Assembly (NCBI GenBank): GCA_024275415.1
Contig: JAJRZD010000099.1
Location: 1 to 32,000 of the forward strand
From: an archaeon
Lineage (GTDB): Archaea; Asgardarchaeota; Thorarchaeia; Thorarchaeales; Thorarchaeaceae
Length of the DNA: 32,000 nt
Reading direction: 5' to 3'
Shown here: positions 26,996 to 32,000 of the stretch, piece after piece
Layout: each line of letters opens with the position of its first letter
Numbering within the stretch: position 1 is the stretch's first letter
Notes under the pieces: generated by a model
What the model was told of the DNA's origin: nothing
Database searches by the model: none
The model's input: only the letters and a program-made list of their open reading frames with translations
Position numbers and translations under genes: made by a program

Positions 26996-27871
26996 TCATA
27001 GGTTCGCCTTCGTGAAAAGGAGAGGCCAGACGAACACACCAACGACTACCACGATTAGATATCGTAGTGTCCTGAGCCACACGTTCACAGATGGCATCAC
27101 CAGTGCGAGTCCAAAGAGCAGGAGGATGACCAAGATGACTCCGAGAAGTGCTCTTATGACAAGTCGCCATCTCTGCCCATTCCTAGGTGTCACGTCAAAG
27201 TCAACAAATCGCTTCTCTAAAGGCAAGCCTATTGCCATGCCCATGATTAAACCGCCAATAGCACCGAAATTATCGTTTGGAGGCAATGGAGTGAGATACG
27301 TCATGATTGCCGTGAGCGCGAGCCCCGCTATGAAAAGGGCACAGTAGAGATATTCCTCATTGAACTTGGAGAGTGTCGTTTCAATTGGCTCCTGTAGGTA
27401 GTACAGCACTAACGCGGTTGCGATGCCCACACTCCACCCGATTAGCACATCACCCAGATAGTGGACACCAAGGTACACTCTCGAAACCCCGATTAGGAAA
27501 ATCAGGACTGCCGAGATTAGCAACGCCCACCATGTCTTCACTCTCACTGTGAACCACGAGTATAAAGTTCCTGACAACTGAGCATGTCCACTTGGCGTAG
27601 AATAGTTATTTGCTTCCATCCCCTCATACCAATAGGTCTGATCCGGTCTGGGATTCGCGATTGCTGTCTTCAGCAAATAATTCGATGCCACGGCGAACAG
27701 AAGGACAAATGTGACCACAATGGCTTCGCGCTTGTTGAATGTCCAGTATGCGATAAGGATAAGCCCAATGTAAAAGACCTCAGAGCCAAACTCTGTAATC
27801 AACTTGAAGAATTCTCCCGCCCATGGAAGGGCATCTCTCAACGCCAATGTGATGTCCGGGTCGAAGAACAT
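26996..27871 (-). CDS. PAP2-family membrane phosphatase
   Basis: KTAIANPRP, TPSGHA, SRVYLGVHYLGDV and several TM helices. Confidence 0.92.
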   Translation of the reverse strand: MFFDPDITLALRDALPWAGEFFKLITEFGSEVFYIGLILIAYWTFNKREAIVVTFVLLFAVASNYLLKTAIANPRPDQTYWYEGMEANNYSTPSGHAQLSGTLYSWFTVRVKTWWALLISAVLIFLIGVSRVYLGVHYLGDVLIGWSVGIATALVLYYLQEPIETTLSKFNEEYLYCALFIAGLALTAIMTYLTPLPPNDNFGAIGGLIMGMAIGLPLEKRFVDFDVTPRNGQRWRLVIRALLGVILVILLLFGLALVMPSVNVWLRTLRYLIVVVVGVFVWPLLFTKANL

Positions 27872-28002
27872 AGCAGATCACTTCGTATATTGGTAAGCAT
27901 CCTATACAACATTCCATCCTTATATGTCCCACGAGAGAACTCGTGCACATTGACAAATGCTTATAGTCCAGAACATTCCTCCCTCCTACTGAGGTATCTC
28001 TT

Positions 28003-29499
28003 ATGGTGCTGGAGACACTGGAGCCCCGATTGGTCTGGGATATCTTTGAGAACATCTTCACAAAGACTCCCCGTTGCTCCAAGAAGGAAGAACGAATTCG
28101 CTCTGTTTTGAAAGAATACTTGAGCAAGGAAGCAGCCTCAAGAGGCATTGACCTTCTGATAAAAGAAGATGAGGTCGGGAATATCCTCGTCAAGAAGCCA
28201 CCTTCGCCAGGGATGGAATCGAAGCCGAGCATCCTTCTTCAAGGCCATCTGGACATGGTCTGTGAAACTGATAGGACAGACGGATTCAATTTTGAAACGG
28301 ATCCATTGCCAATCCGAATTCAGGAAAATAGTGAATGGGTAGACTCGGAGGAAACCACGCTTGGTGCCGATAACGGGATTGGCATGTCTCTGGCACTTGC
28401 TCTTTTGCTTGACCTAGACACCGAACACGGCCCTCTGGAAGTGCTTGCCACAGTGGATGAGGAAACCGGGTTGACAGGGGCTTTCGCGTTGAAACCCAAG
28501 GAGTTAGGCATTGAGAGCAAGTTACTTATCAACATCGATTCGGAGGATCTTGGCGTCATCACTATTGGTTCAGCTGGTGGTGGTGATACAGTCCTTTCCA
28601 AGAGACTTGTAAAACAGCCTGTCCCACCTGACTATCAATTCTTCTCTCTTTCCGTATCCGGATTTTTCGGAGGCCACTCTGGTGTCGATATACATCTGCC
28701 ACGTGGCAATGCAAACAAGACAGCAGCAAGAATGTTGTCTGCACTCCTCGATGAGATACCGGTCTTGATTGTAGAATGGAATGGAGGCGGAAAGCGTAAT
28801 GCAATCCCTCGCTCTTCAGAAGTCATCTTCGGAATCCCGCGCGAGAAGACCGAGCGAGCTCAGGCCATCCTTGACTCTGAAAGGCGCGACTTGGAAGCCT
28901 ACTACAAAGAGGGCGAGAAGCCAATTGAACCCGATTTGATAATTGAGTGGAACGTGCAGGGTGTCACCGAATCTTTCTCGTCGGACGAATCACAGAAGAT
29001 TATCCGTACCTTTCACTCACTCCCACACGGCGCATTGAAGTTCTCTCCGTCGGTGCATGGGCTTGTCGAAACCTCAAACAATGTAGCAATCATCTCGACT
29101 ACGAGTGATGGGATTTCTCTTCAGATGTCTACACGGAGCAACATCGACTCGGAGCTTGCTTCCAAGCGACGAGAGCTCCTGTATATTGGGGACGCCTTTG
29201 GCTGGGATGTCAATCAAGGCCCCGCCTATCCAGGATGGGCGCCCGACCCTGCTAATCAGTTTCTCACGTTCATTAAGGACAAATATGCGGAAGTGCTTGG
29301 AAAACCTGTGAAAGTGGAAGCAATTCATGCCGGGCTCGAATGCGGAATCTTAGGTGCTGGAATTCCCGGGCTCAGGATGGTTTCGATTGGCCCCACTATC
29401 AGGAATCCCCACTCTCCTGATGAGAAAGTCAACATCCGAGCTGTGGCAATCCTTTACGATGTCTTGAAAGGAATCCTTAGAGACCTCCCCGCTATCTAG
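28003..29499 (+). CDS. pepD: Aminoacyl-histidine dipeptidase (peptidase M20C)
   Basis: LQGHLDMV, TTLGADNGIG, DEETG, NIDSE, GGHSG, HAGLECG, HSPDE. Confidence 0.93.
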   Translation: MVLETLEPRLVWDIFENIFTKTPRCSKKEERIRSVLKEYLSKEAASRGIDLLIKEDEVGNILVKKPPSPGMESKPSILLQGHLDMVCETDRTDGFNFETDPLPIRIQENSEWVDSEETTLGADNGIGMSLALALLLDLDTEHGPLEVLATVDEETGLTGAFALKPKELGIESKLLINIDSEDLGVITIGSAGGGDTVLSKRLVKQPVPPDYQFFSLSVSGFFGGHSGVDIHLPRGNANKTAARMLSALLDEIPVLIVEWNGGGKRNAIPRSSEVIFGIPREKTERAQAILDSERRDLEAYYKEGEKPIEPDLIIEWNVQGVTESFSSDESQKIIRTFHSLPHGALKFSPSVHGLVETSNNVAIISTTSDGISLQMSTRSNIDSELASKRRELLYIGDAFGWDVNQGPAYPGWAPDPANQFLTFIKDKYAEVLGKPVKVEAIHAGLECGILGAGIPGLRMVSIGPTIRNPHSPDEKVNIRAVAILYDVLKGILRDLPAI

Positions 29500-29502
29500 G
29501 TA

Positions 29503-31332
29503 CTATTGTAGGTCAATCAGGGATAGCCGTTTCAGAGACTCTTCTGACGGCATCCCAGTTTCTCTGTCCCATCCCCTGAACTTGTACCATGTTTCGAGAT
29601 GTTCGTCGATATCTGGCACATGTCCCTCAGTTGCACCTTCCAATGGGCGGAGTATCAACTCTGGCAATTTCTCGTTCTTGACATCATATCCGAGTTTTAG
29701 GTTCAGCAGCCGCATCATGGTGAAGATTCGTTCGCCAGTTTCTTTCAGTTCATCGATGGTATAGTCCCAGCCAGTGATCAGCTGGAGCAGACGTACGACA
29801 TGACCTCCTTGGATAGGGAGAAAGTTGCACACACCCACCGAATTTGTTATGCATCTGAAGTTCTGCTGTCTTGCGACGATATCCGCTTCATTCGCAAAAC
29901 GATCCTTGCTTTCTATCTGCAGATCCTCGTTGATTTGTCCCATCTGGACATTGTACATATCCGCTGCCATGTGACATGCCCCTCTTGGAGACGTGGCATA
30001 TCCCACCCCGAGGCCCGAGAATCCCCGGGGATCGTGTTGGGGGAACTCCATACCGTGCGTGTGTACTACTAGGTTCTCAACTCCGAACTGCTTCCCAACA
30101 GCCACGCTACCTTCCGCAAGGAGGTTTCCCACACCCTCTCTCTTTGCTATCTTGTCAATCAGAGCGCTTGCAGCATCAGGATTTCCCCATTTCGGCTCAA
30201 TCCCATCTAAGTCTTCAGATGATATGATTCCTTCGTTGTAAAGATAGTACACAAGTGCGATGGTGTTCCCCCCTGATATGGTGTCAAACCCGACAAGATC
30301 CAGCTTTTTTGTCAGGAACGATAATGCTTCGAGGTTGTCGTTCAGAATCAAGGTTCCCATGGTTCCCGTGACCTCAAGTTCCGGCCCTTTGAAGACACCT
30401 GTGGCGTACTTTCCTTCTTTGACCTCAACGACTCTGCCACACGCAATCGGGCAGCGGAAACACGCCTTCTTGCCGGCAAGGATGGTTTCCCTGACAGTTG
30501 TGCCACTCAGGTTGTAGGAATCAAAATCAGAAACCGTATAGTAGCCCGCTGGCAGAGACCCATACATTAGACTCGCCATGTCCACGAAGCCTGCTGTCCC
30601 GAGATCCGAGTACATCCGGACAGAAGGATCCTCAAGATAATTCTCCTTCAACTCGTTCGCGTAGGCATTGAGGGTTTCTGAGTCATGAGTCGGTATTCTC
30701 CTGTCAGTCCCCTTCACAACAATGCCCTTGAGCTTCTTGGACCCCATCACAGCTCCGATTCCCGTCCGACCAGCAGCTCGATGATGATCGACGATGACAC
30801 TGGCATATTTTACTAGGTTCTCCCCCGCAATCCCAATCCGTGCCACACCGGCCGTCCTATGACCAGTTTCCTCCCTCAATGCAGTCCATGTTTCTTCAGT
30901 GTCCTTGCCCCACAGGTGTGATGCATCTCGTAGCTCAATGCGGTCATCTTCGATAAAGAGATACGTGGGGCTGGAAGATATTCCAGTGATAATAGCGCCG
31001 TCATATCCCGCAAATCTTAGGTCTGCCCCAAAATGTCCGCCCACTGTACTGTACCCAAGTATCCCCGTATACGGTGAGCGTGCACAGAAAGTCGTCTTGC
31101 TCCCTGTCGGCACCATAGTCCCAGTAAATGGGCCTGTCATTATCAGAAGGGGGTTATCCGAACCCAGAGGGTCAGTATTCTTGGACACCATATCGTAGAG
31201 AATCCTTGTTGCAAGCCCTGCACCACCGAGGAACATCCTAAGATCTCTTTCCTCGACACTCTGTTCCGATACTTCCTCTGAGTCCAAATCCACCCTCAAG
31301 AGTTTGTTCCGATATCCAGAAACCATCTGCAT
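29503..31332 (-). CDS. aor: Tungsten-dependent aldehyde:ferredoxin oxidoreductase
   Basis: GGAGL, RSPYTG, AAGRTGIGAVMGSKKLK, CFRCPIAC, DTIS, SPRGACH. Confidence 0.93.
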   Translation of the reverse strand: MQMVSGYRNKLLRVDLDSEEVSEQSVEERDLRMFLGGAGLATRILYDMVSKNTDPLGSDNPLLIMTGPFTGTMVPTGSKTTFCARSPYTGILGYSTVGGHFGADLRFAGYDGAIITGISSSPTYLFIEDDRIELRDASHLWGKDTEETWTALREETGHRTAGVARIGIAGENLVKYASVIVDHHRAAGRTGIGAVMGSKKLKGIVVKGTDRRIPTHDSETLNAYANELKENYLEDPSVRMYSDLGTAGFVDMASLMYGSLPAGYYTVSDFDSYNLSGTTVRETILAGKKACFRCPIACGRVVEVKEGKYATGVFKGPELEVTGTMGTLILNDNLEALSFLTKKLDLVGFDTISGGNTIALVYYLYNEGIISSEDLDGIEPKWGNPDAASALIDKIAKREGVGNLLAEGSVAVGKQFGVENLVVHTHGMEFPQHDPRGFSGLGVGYATSPRGACHMAADMYNVQMGQINEDLQIESKDRFANEADIVARQQNFRCITNSVGVCNFLPIQGGHVVRLLQLITGWDYTIDELKETGERIFTMMRLLNLKLGYDVKNEKLPELILRPLEGATEGHVPDIDEHLETWYKFRGWDRETGMPSEESLKRLSLIDLQ

Positions 31333-31338
31333 CTCTCC

Positions 31339-32000
31339 CTAGAAATCTACATGCTTCCCCTCGTACATATACTCGTAGATTTTCTTTATATCCGCAGATT
31401 CGATTGGCCTTGGCGTCATAGTGATACTGGAGTCCATCATAGCAAAGTCAACCAGTTTCTCAAGTCCCTCATCGAAGTCGCCCTTTGCTATCCCAGCCTC
31501 TTTCAGGCTCTTCGGGAATCCTACTCTATCTTGCAGCTCTCGTATTTTAGTAGCAAATAATCTTGCGCCTTTTTCATGTTCCTTCTCTTCTATTCCTATC
31601 AACCGCCCGAGCTCCCAGTAGTGTTTTGCGCTCTCAGGGTTGTCGTGTGCGTTGAACTCGATCGTGTATGGCAGTGCCATTCCTACCGCCATGCCATGTT
31701 GGATGCGGAGCACTGATCCAAGACTGTGTCCTAATGAATGTGCAAGGCATACCTGTGAGTTACTGAATGACATCCCTGCGAGTGCCGCTGCTACGAGCAT
31801 CTTCTCTCTCGCCTCAAGATTGGCTAGGTCATCGACCGATTTTGGCAGCCACTCGAAGACCATCTGGACAGCCTTCATTGTGGTAGCATCTGAGAAATCA
31901 TTCTTCCACACCGATGTGTATCCCTCAACGGCATGTGTCAATGCATCCATTCCAGTATAAGCCGTCAAATCTTTCGGAAGATCCTTCACGAATGTCGGCT
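31339..32000 (-). CDS. Iron-containing alcohol dehydrogenase, 5'-truncated by the window edge
   Basis: TAYTGMDALTHAVEGY, AGMSFSNS, LAHSLGHSLG, HG motifs. The frame is open to position 32000. Confidence 0.92.
   Translation of the reverse strand, partial: PTFVKDLPKDLTAYTGMDALTHAVEGYTSVWKNDFSDATTMKAVQMVFEWLPKSVDDLANLEAREKMLVAAALAGMSFSNSQVCLAHSLGHSLGSVLRIQHGMAVGMALPYTIEFNAHDNPESAKHYWELGRLIGIEEKEHEKGARLFATKIRELQDRVGFPKSLKEAGIAKGDFDEGLEKLVDFAMMDSSITMTPRPIESADIKKIYEYMYEGKHVDF

Noticed and set aside
26996-27871. PAP2 gene as a type III membrane ancillary
   Set aside because: It is convergent with cmr6, lacks any CARF/SAVED-like sensor and looks like a housekeeping flank.
1-32000. tRNA, rRNA, transposase or integrase genes
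   Set aside because: No cloverleaf or rRNA-like tract was seen in the short intergenic gaps, and no ORF carries DDE or tyrosine/serine recombinase motifs.

Overview
Archaeal genomic window. The SD usage, form IV RuBisCO-like protein, tungsten AOR and large tandem Lrp-like regulator suggest an Asgard/Thorarchaeia-like lineage; this is inference only. The left part has a truncated MFS gene, an orphan cas6, a 55-aa zinc-ribbon microprotein missed by the ORF track, a RuBisCO-like protein converging on an FGGY kinase, and a THF one-carbon cluster (fhs, folD, fused FTCD) interrupted by a coiled-coil PD-(D/E)XK gene. It continues with a GHMP kinase, an eroded GNAT, an ABC exporter and an ADC-family gene. 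The centre-right holds a complete type III-B effector operon (csx1-like, cmr1, HD-less cas10/cmr2, cmr3-6), divergent from a CARF-wHTH regulator plus a 537-aa tandem Lrp-like regulator. No CRISPR array or cas1/cas2 is visible. The 500-bp divergent intergenic region has the most unusual structure: a 23-bp palindrome, a near-perfect SD, an 11-codon ORF (MIPGEPEDPPW*), a hairpin with the stop codon in its loop, and a terminator-like hairpin with a T6 tract. A promoter motif is shared between cas6 and the cmr operon, 17.5 kb apart. The right end carries PAP2, pepD, aor and a truncated Fe-ADH.
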